Shown: positions 49,488 through 59,123, counted from the stretch's first letter. The stretch: DNA of 61,958 nucleotides from an uncultured Gammaproteobacteria bacterium (GCA_964608405.1 CAZSNC010000002.1:8155-70112); one strand, 5' to 3'. Program-made: numbers and translations. The notes: generated by a model from the letters alone, not told the origin.

Positions 49488-52265
49488 ATGCCTTCAAAAC
49501 TAAAAGTAATAATTTTTAATATTAAAAATTATTACCAGAAGCTTAAAATAAAGATTGCGGATAAATTACTTAATCACTCCACGATTGAAAGGGGTTCGAC
49601 TTATGCGACAGGCAATTACGGTGAAAATCTGGTAAATTATACGGACGGAGGTTATGCTTTATCTATGTGGAAACAACGACTTCAAAGAAGAAGAAGGATA
49701 AGAATGTCTTCGAGGGTACAAAGGAACCTAAATAATACCAAACTTTTCTATAAGTTTTCCAAGCTTGTATTTTTTGCATTGATAATTGTGATTGTCGGTT
49801 TTGTTGGTGCACTAAGCTATATTGCGTATGATCTTCCATCCCCCGATAAAGTTATAAGGCGTGAGGGGTTTTCAACTAAAATCTTGGACAGAAACGGAGA
49901 AGTTCTGTACGATATTTACCAGGATCAAAAACGCGTTCCGGTGAAATTTGAGGATGTTCCTGATTACTTGAAAAAAGCGACGATCGCTATCGAGGACAAG
50001 AATTTTTACAAACATGAGGGGTTTGATATCCTTGGGATATTTAGGGGTTTTACAAGATTGTTTACCCGAGGGCGTGCTCAAGGTGGATCAACGCTCACGC
50101 AGCAACTTGTTAAGAATGTTATTTTGACTTCCGAAAGATCTATTATTCGTAAAGTTAAGGAATTTGTACTTGCCGTACAAATCGAACGGAAGTACTCAAA
50201 AGACGAAATACTTTTGATGTACTTAAACGAAGCTCCATACGGGGGTACTGCATGGGGGGTTGAGGCGGGTGCCGAGTTGTATTTCGGGAAAAGTGTAAAA
50301 GATCTTAATTTAGTGGAGAGCGCGGTATTGGCAGGTCTTCCCCAAAGACCGTCATATTATTCTCCTTATTCCGGAAACCCTTCCGCATACAAATCAAGAA
50401 CAAACGATGTGTTAAGAAGAATGAAGGAAGATGGTTATATCAGCTCAGAGCAGGAGGAAGAAGCAAATAAAATGTTGGATACAATCGAATTTGTCGGAAA
50501 GGGAGGGAATTTTAAAGCCCCCCATTTTGTTCAGTACGTGCAGGAGATATTGGAAGAAAAGTACGGAGCTGCTTTTATGGAACAGGGGGGCTATGAGGTA
50601 ACTACAACGCTTGATTGGAAGATTCAGGAAGAGGCACAAAAAATAGTATCGGAAGAGATTGATAAAGTTGAGAAGTTGCAGATCACCAACGGTGCTTCCG
50701 TCGCTATAAACCCGCAGACGGGAGAAATATTGGCAATGGTTGGATCAAAGGATTTTAATGCGAATGACTACGACGGGCAGGTTAATGTTACAACCTCGCT
50801 TCGTCAACCGGGATCTGCCTTTAAACCGTTCACATACGTCACTGCATTTAAAGAATACTTTACACCGTCAACTTTAATTATGGATGTTCCGACAGAATTT
50901 CCGGGAGGAATCGGACAGCCCGTATATAAACCGGTCAATTATGACGGAAAATACCGCGGTCCGATCCAGCTTCGCTATGCCCTTGCAAATTCGATTAATA
51001 TTCCGGCTGTTAAACTCTTGGCAATGGTAGGAATAAAAGATGTTTTGGAAACAGCATACGATATGGGAATAACCTCTTTGGAGCCGACTGCGGAAACAAT
51101 GTCCCGTGTTGGACTGTCCTTAACTTTAGGAGGCGGTGAAGTAAGACTATTGGACTTGACTGCGGCCTACGGTGCATTTCTAAACAAAGGATATAAAGTA
51201 GAACCTATCGCGATATTAAAAATTGAAGACGCTAACGGAAAAGTGCTGGAGGAAAACGAACCTAAGAAAGGAAAGCAGGTTTTAAGTGAGGAACAGGCCT
51301 TCCTTATTGCAGATATTTTGTCGGACAATAAAGCCCGCTCAATGGTATTTGGCGAGAACTCCCTGTTAAACATTAAAGATAGGCAAGTTGCCGTAAAAAC
51401 AGGAACAACAAACGATAAGAGGGATAACTGGGCGATAGGAGGAAATCAGGATATTGTTGTCGGGACATGGGTTGGAAATAACGACAACTCTCCAATGAAG
51501 GAAGTTGCCTCGGGCGTCTCGGGTGCCTCACCTATCTGGCGAAGAATTCTTTTAAAGGGGCTTGAAGGAAAAACAAACAGTAAATTTGAAATTCCTGCAA
51601 ATATCGTTACCAAGGAGGTCGACGCGATTTCGGGATATTCAGCCCACGATGGTTTTCCGTCAAGACTCGAATATTTTATTAAAGGAACGGAACCAGGAAG
51701 CGATTCGGTGCATGTAAAGCTTAAGGTTTGTAAAAGTCAGGGCAAACTTGCAACCCCTAACGACATCTCTTCCGGAAACTACGAAGAGAGGGAGTTTTTA
51801 CAGTTTAAGGAAGAGGACGCAACAGGCGGGATTGACGGAGTGAATAAGTGGCAGGAAGGGATATTGGTCTGGATTGCATCCCAATCCGATTCCCGTTATC
51901 AACCCCCAGGTGATTACTGCGAAGGGTCAAATCCTATCAGTGTACAAATTGTTTCACCGCATGATCACGATTCCAATCTTCCGGGGACTTTTAATGTTGA
52001 AATAAAAGCCGAATCAACTGCCGATATTCAGGAAGTGAGATTGGAAATCGACGGATCCGGTTATCGGACATTTACGGGAAAGCCGTATAGCGATACTGTG
52101 AGTTTGTCTACCGGAATTCACAAGATTAAAACGATTGCCAGGGATACAAATTCAAAAGAGGCAAGTCATGAAATAACTATCGGAGTTGGGGTTGCGTGGG
52201 ACTATACTCCTCCTTCGCCATCCCCTACTTCTGTAGTATCTTTAAGTCCAACGACAACCCCTTAG
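49488..52265 (+). CDS. Bifunctional class A penicillin-binding protein (glycosyltransferase/transpeptidase), with C-terminal Ig-like domain and Pro/Ser tail
   Basis: GT51 motifs IEDKNFYKHEGFD and GGSTLTQQL. Transpeptidase motifs QPGSAFKP (SxxK) and KTGTT. The true start may be a downstream Met (for example MWKQRL), because the TM helix begins near residue 90. Confidence 0.9.
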   Translation: MPSKLKVIIFNIKNYYQKLKIKIADKLLNHSTIERGSTYATGNYGENLVNYTDGGYALSMWKQRLQRRRRIRMSSRVQRNLNNTKLFYKFSKLVFFALIIVIVGFVGALSYIAYDLPSPDKVIRREGFSTKILDRNGEVLYDIYQDQKRVPVKFEDVPDYLKKATIAIEDKNFYKHEGFDILGIFRGFTRLFTRGRAQGGSTLTQQLVKNVILTSERSIIRKVKEFVLAVQIERKYSKDEILLMYLNEAPYGGTAWGVEAGAELYFGKSVKDLNLVESAVLAGLPQRPSYYSPYSGNPSAYKSRTNDVLRRMKEDGYISSEQEEEANKMLDTIEFVGKGGNFKAPHFVQYVQEILEEKYGAAFMEQGGYEVTTTLDWKIQEEAQKIVSEEIDKVEKLQITNGASVAINPQTGEILAMVGSKDFNANDYDGQVNVTTSLRQPGSAFKPFTYVTAFKEYFTPSTLIMDVPTEFPGGIGQPVYKPVNYDGKYRGPIQLRYALANSINIPAVKLLAMVGIKDVLETAYDMGITSLEPTAETMSRVGLSLTLGGGEVRLLDLTAAYGAFLNKGYKVEPIAILKIEDANGKVLEENEPKKGKQVLSEEQAFLIADILSDNKARSMVFGENSLLNIKDRQVAVKTGTTNDKRDNWAIGGNQDIVVGTWVGNNDNSPMKEVASGVSGASPIWRRILLKGLEGKTNSKFEIPANIVTKEVDAISGYSAHDGFPSRLEYFIKGTEPGSDSVHVKLKVCKSQGKLATPNDISSGNYEEREFLQFKEEDATGGIDGVNKWQEGILVWIASQSDSRYQPPGDYCEGSNPISVQIVSPHDHDSNLPGTFNVEIKAESTADIQEVRLEIDGSGYRTFTGKPYSDTVSLSTGIHKIKTIARDTNSKEASHEITIGVGVAWDYTPPSPSPTSVVSLSPTTTP

Positions 52266-52313
52266 TGGAAAAAGGTACACAGTATTATTTTTATCGAAAG
52301 TTTTTAACTTCGC

Positions 52314-54248
52314 TCAGATTTCTATGGAGTATTTCTCTTTCAATTTTAATGCCAGTACTTTTCTAACCTCGGCTACCTCGCTGTCGTTTAATGTCTTTTG
52401 AGGATCCTGGTAACTAACTCTGAATGTATGCGAATCTTTATAAACATCTTTGTGTTCAACGTCGGCGATTATGTTGCTTGCCGATTTGATTGTCTGAATT
52501 ACCTTACCAGTTAATACCCCCTGAGGAATTTTGATGGTGATGTCTTCGATTTGAGCCGGGTACTTGGGAATTGGCTTAAAACTTCTGAATTCCCTGAAGA
52601 GGGTTGAGAGAGTTTCAATTTCAAGTTCGACTGTTACCATTGCGTCTTCATGTTCTACGATGTTTCCTAAGAGCATGTCTTTGGAATAGATTGAGAGGAA
52701 GGGAGCGTTTTCTTTTTTGTTGATTTCAATATCAATATGAAGCTCAGAGGACAGTAGTGTTTCAACAATACCCTTTATTTCGGTAAATTTATATCCGTCG
52801 AAACACATTCCCAATACCATCTTTTCATTTGGAAGGTTGTCTGGCTGTGGGGTATAAACATTCGCAATTTCATAAAGAAAGATTTTGTCGTATACGCCAT
52901 TATTAGCCGACACGGCATTAATTAATGAATTTGTAAGATGGGTTTTAAGGTATTGTGTATCTCCACCCAAAGGATTTTTTAGTTTTAGGCTTTTGTTAAT
53001 ATCAACATAATCTGCCGATACTAAAGAGAGGGTGTAAACTTCAATACCACCAAGTGCTTTAAGTGTATTTTTAATTCTCAACTCAAGTTCAAATGTGTTA
53101 TTCAACTGGGGTTTTGGTAACACTCCGTTCATCAACACGCTTGGTAAATTATGGTATCCGTAAATTCTTGCGACCTCTTCGACAATATCCTCGGCAATAT
53201 TAATATCCGTGCTCCGAAACGAAGGAACGCAAACCAGAAGTGTTTCCTTGTCCCATTTTGGATCGAACTCCAGTGATGTCAGATAATCGGAAATATCCTC
53301 CTTTGAAATATTAACACCCAGTTTGTTTTGTATAAAACTGAGGGTTGTTTTAACAGATTTTGCTTTGTATGGTTTGGGGTAAGTGTCAAAGATTTTACTT
53401 GCAAGGTTTGCCTTGCAGATATTTTGATACAACTCGATTCCTCTTAGTAGTGCGTTTTTGGCGAGTTCCGGATCAACTCCTTTTTCATTTATACTTGCAG
53501 CCATCGTTCTGATTGCCAGACTCATTGACGTATGGCGGATTTTTGAGGGTTCGTTATTATCGATAAAGAAAAGTACACTTTCCGTTTTGTCATCAACAAC
53601 GGAATTTTTTGTTCCGATAATACCTGGCAAATCAATAATTTCCCCTTCCCCGTCGTCAAATACGATATCGTTTCCTGTCAATTGATATGTTTTCCCGTCA
53701 AAACTTGTAACCGTTTCGCCCTTTTTGGACTGTCTTATCACAAATTTCTTATTTTTTATTTTGTCGTAATCAAACGCGTGGCAGGGCTGTCCTGTTTCAA
53801 GCATTACATAATTTGTGATATCAACAAGGGCGTTTAAAGACCTAAGTCCTGCGGCCAAAAGTCTTTTTTGCATCCATATTGGGGATTTACGGGAATTTAT
53901 ATTTGTAAGGATTACTCCAGTTGTTCTTTTAACCAGTTTATTGTCAAAAGTTACCGAAAACGGAAGGTTGTTTATTGAACCAAGTTTCGGATTGGGGGTA
54001 AATGGTCTTAATTTTGCAGGAATTTTAAACCTTGGTAATATTGCCGCGACTTCTCTGGCAAAACCCCAAACTCCAACACAATCGATTCTGTTGGTTGTGA
54101 TTTCAACATGGTACAAAATATCTCCGTCTTTTTCTTCCAGGCGTTCGATTGAAGGACCACATAAAGATATATATTCTGAAATCTCTTGTGGTGAGGCTTT
54201 GGTATCGAGATACTCTCTCAACCATTTGTCGGAAATTATTATATCCAT
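52314..54248 (-). CDS. pheT: Phenylalanyl-tRNA synthetase beta subunit (short form without the OB-fold tRNA-binding B2 domain)
   Basis: 644 aa. MDIIISDKWLREYL...TTNRIDCVGVWGFAREVAAI joins B1 directly to B3. B5, catalytic-like and FDX-ACB regions are present. Confidence 0.9.
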   Translation of the reverse strand: MDIIISDKWLREYLDTKASPQEISEYISLCGPSIERLEEKDGDILYHVEITTNRIDCVGVWGFAREVAAILPRFKIPAKLRPFTPNPKLGSINNLPFSVTFDNKLVKRTTGVILTNINSRKSPIWMQKRLLAAGLRSLNALVDITNYVMLETGQPCHAFDYDKIKNKKFVIRQSKKGETVTSFDGKTYQLTGNDIVFDDGEGEIIDLPGIIGTKNSVVDDKTESVLFFIDNNEPSKIRHTSMSLAIRTMAASINEKGVDPELAKNALLRGIELYQNICKANLASKIFDTYPKPYKAKSVKTTLSFIQNKLGVNISKEDISDYLTSLEFDPKWDKETLLVCVPSFRSTDINIAEDIVEEVARIYGYHNLPSVLMNGVLPKPQLNNTFELELRIKNTLKALGGIEVYTLSLVSADYVDINKSLKLKNPLGGDTQYLKTHLTNSLINAVSANNGVYDKIFLYEIANVYTPQPDNLPNEKMVLGMCFDGYKFTEIKGIVETLLSSELHIDIEINKKENAPFLSIYSKDMLLGNIVEHEDAMVTVELEIETLSTLFREFRSFKPIPKYPAQIEDITIKIPQGVLTGKVIQTIKSASNIIADVEHKDVYKDSHTFRVSYQDPQKTLNDSEVAEVRKVLALKLKEKYSIEI

Positions 54249-54257
54249 AATTGATAG

Positions 54258-55286
54258 TTAAAACTGTTTCAGATACCTTATGTCCGTACTGTAAAGTTGT
54301 CTTAGGTCTGGGATGTTAAGGCCCGGCTTCATCATAAGTATTCTTTCCACACCCCATCCAAAGGCAAACCCGCTGTATTTTTGGGAATCAATATTGCACG
54401 CATTTAATACATTTGGATGTACCATACCGGCTCCACCCACTTCAAGCCAGCCTTCTTTACAAAGTTTGCATCCTTTCCCCCCACAGAGTGTGCAGGAGAA
54501 ATCAACCTCGAAAGACGGCTCGGTAAATTGAAAGTGATATGGTCTGATTCTTGTTTTAATATCCTCTCCGAAACACGACCTTGCAAAGTAGTCCAAAGTC
54601 CCTTTAAGGTGTGTAATATTAATACCCTTGTCGACAACGAGTCCTTCAAACTGATGGAACATCGGATAGTGGCTGACATCGATTTGCCTTCTATAACATT
54701 TGGCAATGTTAATCATGCGGATGGGTGGTGTTTTAACACGCTCCATTTCTCTGATCTGGCCTGATGAAGTGTGGGGAGTAAGAAGCATTGCGCCGAATTT
54801 TGGGTGTGGTTTGGTGTCGACGAAAAAAGTTTCCCAGTCGTCTCTCGCAGGGTGATTTTCCGGAAAATTTAGTGCTCCAAAAGCATACCAGTCCCACTCC
54901 ACCTCAGGATATCGTACGCGTGTGAAACCGATCTTTTGAAAAATATCGGAAATCTCCTGAATTGTTTTTGTAATGAGGTGAATATTTCCGATATCATATT
55001 TCTTTCCGGGGACGCTGAAGTCGAACCATTCTTTTGCTTTCGTGTTTTTAATTTCGTTAACCTTTGAGTCGATTGCTTCTTCTATTGTCTTTTTTGCTTC
55101 GTTTAAAAGTATGCCGATATCTTTCCGCTCATCGGCATCCATACCCTTTAATTCCTTAAGTAGTTTGTTTATTTGGCCGTTTCTTCCAAGATAGTTAATA
55201 CGTAATTCCTCCAGGATGTCGGCCGTGGTTGCCTCAATAATTTGTCCGAGGGCGTTATTTTTAAGGTTAATAAGCTCGTCTTTCAT
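54258..55286 (-). CDS. pheS: Phenylalanyl-tRNA synthetase alpha subunit
   Basis: 342 aa. HPARDDWETFF, LLTPHTSSGQIR, CYRRQIDVSHYPMFHQFEG, GAGMVHPNVL, GFAFGWGVER. Confidence 0.95.
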   Translation of the reverse strand: MKDELINLKNNALGQIIEATTADILEELRINYLGRNGQINKLLKELKGMDADERKDIGILLNEAKKTIEEAIDSKVNEIKNTKAKEWFDFSVPGKKYDIGNIHLITKTIQEISDIFQKIGFTRVRYPEVEWDWYAFGALNFPENHPARDDWETFFVDTKPHPKFGAMLLTPHTSSGQIREMERVKTPPIRMINIAKCYRRQIDVSHYPMFHQFEGLVVDKGINITHLKGTLDYFARSCFGEDIKTRIRPYHFQFTEPSFEVDFSCTLCGGKGCKLCKEGWLEVGGAGMVHPNVLNACNIDSQKYSGFAFGWGVERILMMKPGLNIPDLRQLYSTDIRYLKQF

Positions 55287-55297
55287 AATACATATGA

Positions 55298-55828
55298 TTA
55301 TTCTACATTATTTTCAGCTTTGATATAAATATAGGATTTTATGTTTGGTCTCAGTTTGCCTATAATTATTTCAGCCAACACATTATCGACAGATTCTAAT
55401 TTGTCGGGTTCTATTTGTTTAAATCCTAAATTTTCGAATATCCTTCTGACAACAGAAATTACGATATAATTATCTGTATTTTTCTTACATAACCTTACTC
55501 TATGCAACTTTTCCATTATACCCTGATGGCGGTATTCTTTTTCGAGAACGCCGTGGTTGATATACCACCACGTTTTTTCATTCCCGGAAATCGGTATTAA
55601 CGTGTATGCGGCTACTATTCCTCCATTGATAATAGCTGCCCACAATTCGCCTTTCTTTTTCGCAATTTCTTCTAATTCTTCTTTGGTTAAGTCTTTAAGA
55701 TTTCCGCCGTTGGACATAAATTCATCCGACATCAGTTTATGAATCCGTTCTATCTCACACTTGTCTGAAACCCGCTTTATGGTGAGTTTATCTTTAACCT
55801 CTGTATTTATTTCGTTTTCTTTTCCCAT
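55298..55828 (-). CDS. GNAT-family N-acetyltransferase
   Basis: VLEKEYRHQGIMEKLHRVRL fits GNAT motif A. The start is taken at the Met (MGKENE) downstream of the rplT terminator rather than at the track start 55897. Confidence 0.6.
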   Translation of the reverse strand: MGKENEINTEVKDKLTIKRVSDKCEIERIHKLMSDEFMSNGGNLKDLTKEELEEIAKKKGELWAAIINGGIVAAYTLIPISGNEKTWWYINHGVLEKEYRHQGIMEKLHRVRLCKKNTDNYIVISVVRRIFENLGFKQIEPDKLESVDNVLAEIIIGKLRPNIKSYIYIKAENNVE

Positions 55829-55855
55829 ATTTATAATTTCTTTCTTTATGCCACT

Positions 55856-55879
55856 AAAAAACCCCGCCTTAGCGGGGTT
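55856..55879 (-). terminator. Rho-independent terminator after rplT
   Basis: The minus strand reads AACCCCGC-TAAG-GCGGGGTT followed by TTTTT. A second, imperfect copy of the same hairpin lies at 55896-55917. Confidence 0.75.
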
Positions 55880-55967
55880 ATCCACATAAGACTTCAACCC
55901 CGCGTTAGGTGAGGTTAAAGCTGAAATACATTACTGAACTGATTTTCATGATTGGCGTATATTACTA

Positions 55968-56309
55968 TTAATTCTTAATCTCTGCAACAATTTTGTCAAA
56001 TACTTTCGGATCATTAATCGCGATATCGGATAGTACTTTTCTGTCAAGTTCAATTTTCTCCTTTTTAAGTCCTGCTATGAATTTACTGTAGGAAAGCCCC
56101 CTTGCTTTAACGGCGGCCGAAAGACGTGTTATCCAAAGTGCTCTCATGTCACCTTTTCTATCCTTTCTTCCGACATATGCATAGCGTCCTGCATGCATCA
56201 AAGCCTCCTTAGCGGCTTTCACACGGCGTCTCCTGGCCTGTTTAAATCCTCTGGCGGCCTGCTTTATTTTTCTATGTCTTCTGGCTGCAATACTTTTTAC
56301 TCGAGTCAT
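55968..56309 (-). CDS. rplT: 50S ribosomal protein L20
   Basis: MTRVKSIAARRHRKIKQAARGFKQARRR... is canonical L20. Confidence 0.95.
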   Translation of the reverse strand: MTRVKSIAARRHRKIKQAARGFKQARRRRVKAAKEALMHAGRYAYVGRKDRKGDMRALWITRLSAAVKARGLSYSKFIAGLKKEKIELDRKVLSDIAINDPKVFDKIVAEIKN

Positions 56310-56319
56310 AGTTTATTTA

Positions 56320-56523
56320 TTACTTCCTGGTTCCCAACACTTTTTTCACTTTCTTGGCGTATTTTTCTTTCATGCTGATTACTCTTCCGAGAGATCTTTT
56401 TCTCTTACTTGCTTTTTTTGCGTTGAGATGGCGCTTGAAGCCCTGCCTGCGCAGAACCTTACCCGTTTTTGTAATTCTCAAGCGCTTCAATAGAATGTTT
56501 TTTCCTTTCATCTTTCTTTTCAT
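56320..56523 (-). CDS. rpmI: 50S ribosomal protein L35
   Basis: 67 aa, very basic (MKRKMKGKN...RITKTGKVLRRQGFKRHL). Located between infC and rplT. Confidence 0.9.
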   Translation of the reverse strand: MKRKMKGKNILLKRLRITKTGKVLRRQGFKRHLNAKKASKRKRSLGRVISMKEKYAKKVKKVLGTRK

Positions 56524-56544
56524 ATTAATTTAACTTGTAGTATT

Positions 56545-57108
56545 TTAACCTTCTTTTGGAGTTTCTTCAACCTTCTTTTTGGAAACGTTTTTTGGAGATA
56601 TAACCATGATAAGATGTTTACCTAAAAATTTGGGTTGCATATCAGTTCCAATTCTTTCACCGAAATGTCCTGCGATCTTGTTTAATAAGCCGTAACCGAA
56701 GTCTTTACTGCCCATTTGTCGTTTTGTAAATACCACTACTAAACGAACCTTGTTTTTCTCACTGATAAACTCCTCCACCCTTTTAAGTCTCGTATTGTAG
56801 TCGTGATCTCCGATAAATGGGGAAAACCGAACTTCTTTTGTATCTCCTCCTTTTATACCCCTTTTTTCTTTTCTTGCCTTTTTTTCCTCTTCGTATTTGA
56901 ATTTCCCGAGGTCCACAATTTTTGCAACAGGTGGGTCGGCATTTGGAGCAACCTCAATTAAAGTCAATCCTTCGTCAAGAGCCTTTTTCAAAGCCTCACC
57001 AGTTGGCAATATTCCGATAAATTTTCCATCTGACGAAACGACACGGAGTTTAGGAGCTTTAATCTGGTGATTAAGACGGTAGTTGATTTGTGAATTAAAA
57101 CTTTTCAA
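56545..57108 (-). CDS. infC: Translation initiation factor IF-3
   Basis: INHQIKAPKLRVVSSDGKFIGI..., PPVAKIVDLGKFKYE, and a C-terminal domain. The ORF-track start is a TTG, which fits the non-AUG starts known for infC. Confidence 0.9.
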   Translation of the reverse strand: MKSFNSQINYRLNHQIKAPKLRVVSSDGKFIGILPTGEALKKALDEGLTLIEVAPNADPPVAKIVDLGKFKYEEEKKARKEKRGIKGGDTKEVRFSPFIGDHDYNTRLKRVEEFISEKNKVRLVVVFTKRQMGSKDFGYGLLNKIAGHFGERIGTDMQPKFLGKHLIMVISPKNVSKKKVEETPKEG

Positions 57109-57157
57109 TTTTACTTTAATTACTTATAAACTAATTTTACAGAAATTACAATCTATT

Positions 57158-58921
57158 TCAAGCAGATATTGTCTGATTTAAATCTTTTTCCTTTATTTCC
57201 ATTAAGATGTTATTAGTGAATTTATCAATGCTTATGTTATTAATATTTTCACCTTTCCTGTTACGAATACTTAAAACGGAGTCTTTGACTTCTTTTTCTC
57301 CAATAATAACCATGTAGGATACTTTCTCCTCTTGTGCTCCCCTTATTTTTGCACCTAGTGTCTCGTTTCGGTCGTCAAGTTCAACTCGAAGACCTTCGGA
57401 CCTTAGTTTTTCTGAAACATCATTGGCATAAACAAGCTGTTTATCGGTGATCGGCAGAACTTTAACTTGAGTTGGTGTCAACCAAGTTGGGAAGCTGCCC
57501 TTGTACTTTTCAATTAAAAATGCCATAGTTCTTTCGATACAACCGATAGCCGCTCTATGAACGACAATCGGTTGTTTTTCCGATCCGTCTTTGTCGATGT
57601 ATTTAAGGTCAAATCTTTTCGGCATGACAAAATCATACTGGACGGTAAATGCCGTTTCTTCTTTTCCGTTAATTTTTTTGACTTGGACATCGATTTTTGG
57701 ACCATAGAATGCGGCTTCGTTTTCTGCTTCAAAATATGGTGCTTTTGCATCATTTAAAACTTTTCGAAGAACACTTTCCGCTTCATCCCAGGCTTTGTCG
57801 TCCTTGTAGTATTTTTTATTATCTTTTTTATCACCCAGGGACAGGCGGTAGCGATAGTCAACTCCTTTGATTAATCCGAGTTTTCCATTTGCGTAATCGA
57901 TAAGTTCCAAAACGGACTTAATTTCATCGATTGCTTTATCTTTTTGGACAAAGATATGGGCGTCGTTTAATGTAAACATTCTTACACGCACAAGCCCTGA
58001 CAATTCTCCGCTTTTCTCATACCGGTACTGAGGAGACATTTCGGCATACCTTATTGGCAGTTCCCTATAACTTCGAAGGCCTGATTTATAAAGCATAAAA
58101 TGGTGTGGGCACGTCATCGGACGCAGTATCAACTCCTCCTCATCAACTTTCATAACGGGATACATTGTGTCTTTGTAGTAAGGGTAATGCCCAGATGTTT
58201 TATACAGATCGGTTTTTGCCAGAGGTGGTGTTGTTACATGTAGATATCCTCTTTTTATCTCCTCGTCAATAATAAACCTTTCAAGTTCGCGTCTTATAAC
58301 AGCTCCTTTTTCTGTAAGAAGTGGAAGCCCTTTACCGACAAGATCGGAAAAAGTAAATAAGTTAAGATTTTTTCCGATTACTCGATGGTCGGATTCTTTT
58401 GCTAATTCCTGCCGTACTATGAAGTCATCAAGCTCCTTTTGCGAAAAGAAGGCTGTTCCATAAATACGTGTAAGCATTTTGTTTTTTTCAGAACCTCTCC
58501 AATAAGCTCCGGCAATCGACAATAACTTGAAATACTTAATGTCTGATGAGGGATTTTCGATATGTCCACCCTTGCAAAGGTCCGTAAAGTTTCCTGATTT
58601 ATATATAGTTATTTTTTCACCTTTACCTTTGTGTTCTTCAATGAGCTCCTTTTTATATGGATTATCGGAAAATTTCTTTAGAGCATCGGTGTCTTCTATT
58701 TCTATTTTTTCAAATTTCTTCCAAGATGAAACAATTTCTGTCATCTTTGCCTCGATTTTTGGAAGATCCTCCTCGGAAATTTTTAGGTCATCGAAGTCAT
58801 AGTAAAAGCCATCCTCAATTGGTGGACCAAGCGTTGGTTTTGCATTCGGGTATAGTTCAACGACAGCCGCTGCTAAAAGATGACTTGTCGAATGCCTTAG
58901 GTTTTCAAGTTTCTTATCCAT
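57158..58921 (-). CDS. thrS: Threonyl-tRNA synthetase (no N-terminal TGS domain)
   Basis: 587 aa. Starts at the editing-domain HxxxH region (LRHSTSHLLAAAVVELYP...GFYYDFD). Class II motifs are present (RPMTCPHH, FTLNDAHIF, GCIER). Confidence 0.93.
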   Translation of the reverse strand: MDKKLENLRHSTSHLLAAAVVELYPNAKPTLGPPIEDGFYYDFDDLKISEEDLPKIEAKMTEIVSSWKKFEKIEIEDTDALKKFSDNPYKKELIEEHKGKGEKITIYKSGNFTDLCKGGHIENPSSDIKYFKLLSIAGAYWRGSEKNKMLTRIYGTAFFSQKELDDFIVRQELAKESDHRVIGKNLNLFTFSDLVGKGLPLLTEKGAVIRRELERFIIDEEIKRGYLHVTTPPLAKTDLYKTSGHYPYYKDTMYPVMKVDEEELILRPMTCPHHFMLYKSGLRSYRELPIRYAEMSPQYRYEKSGELSGLVRVRMFTLNDAHIFVQKDKAIDEIKSVLELIDYANGKLGLIKGVDYRYRLSLGDKKDNKKYYKDDKAWDEAESVLRKVLNDAKAPYFEAENEAAFYGPKIDVQVKKINGKEETAFTVQYDFVMPKRFDLKYIDKDGSEKQPIVVHRAAIGCIERTMAFLIEKYKGSFPTWLTPTQVKVLPITDKQLVYANDVSEKLRSEGLRVELDDRNETLGAKIRGAQEEKVSYMVIIGEKEVKDSVLSIRNRKGENINNISIDKFTNNILMEIKEKDLNQTISA

Positions 58922-58943
58922 ATAATTAATTTAACACATCCAT

Positions 58944-59018
58944 AAAACAAAAATGCGCCCTTCTTCTGCAGGAACCCCTTTTTTCCGGGGTGGTTCCATC
59001 CTGCTTCCGTTAAGGCGC
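58944..59018 (-). promoter_or_regulatory. Leader hairpin with U-run (attenuator-like) immediately upstream of thrS
   Basis: The minus strand reads AAGCGCCTT...GGATGGAACCACCCCGGAAAAAAGGGGTTCC...AAGGGCGC followed by ATTTTTGTTTT. It ends 22 nt before the thrS ATG. Confidence 0.45.
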
Positions 59019-59123
59019 TTAATTGCTTAACCTCTCCTTGCTTTATAGTTGGTGAATCTATATACAAACACAAGGAACTTGTTTACTCGCAAAGTGTAAC
59101 ACTAATCAATCAGTTGTTTCAAG

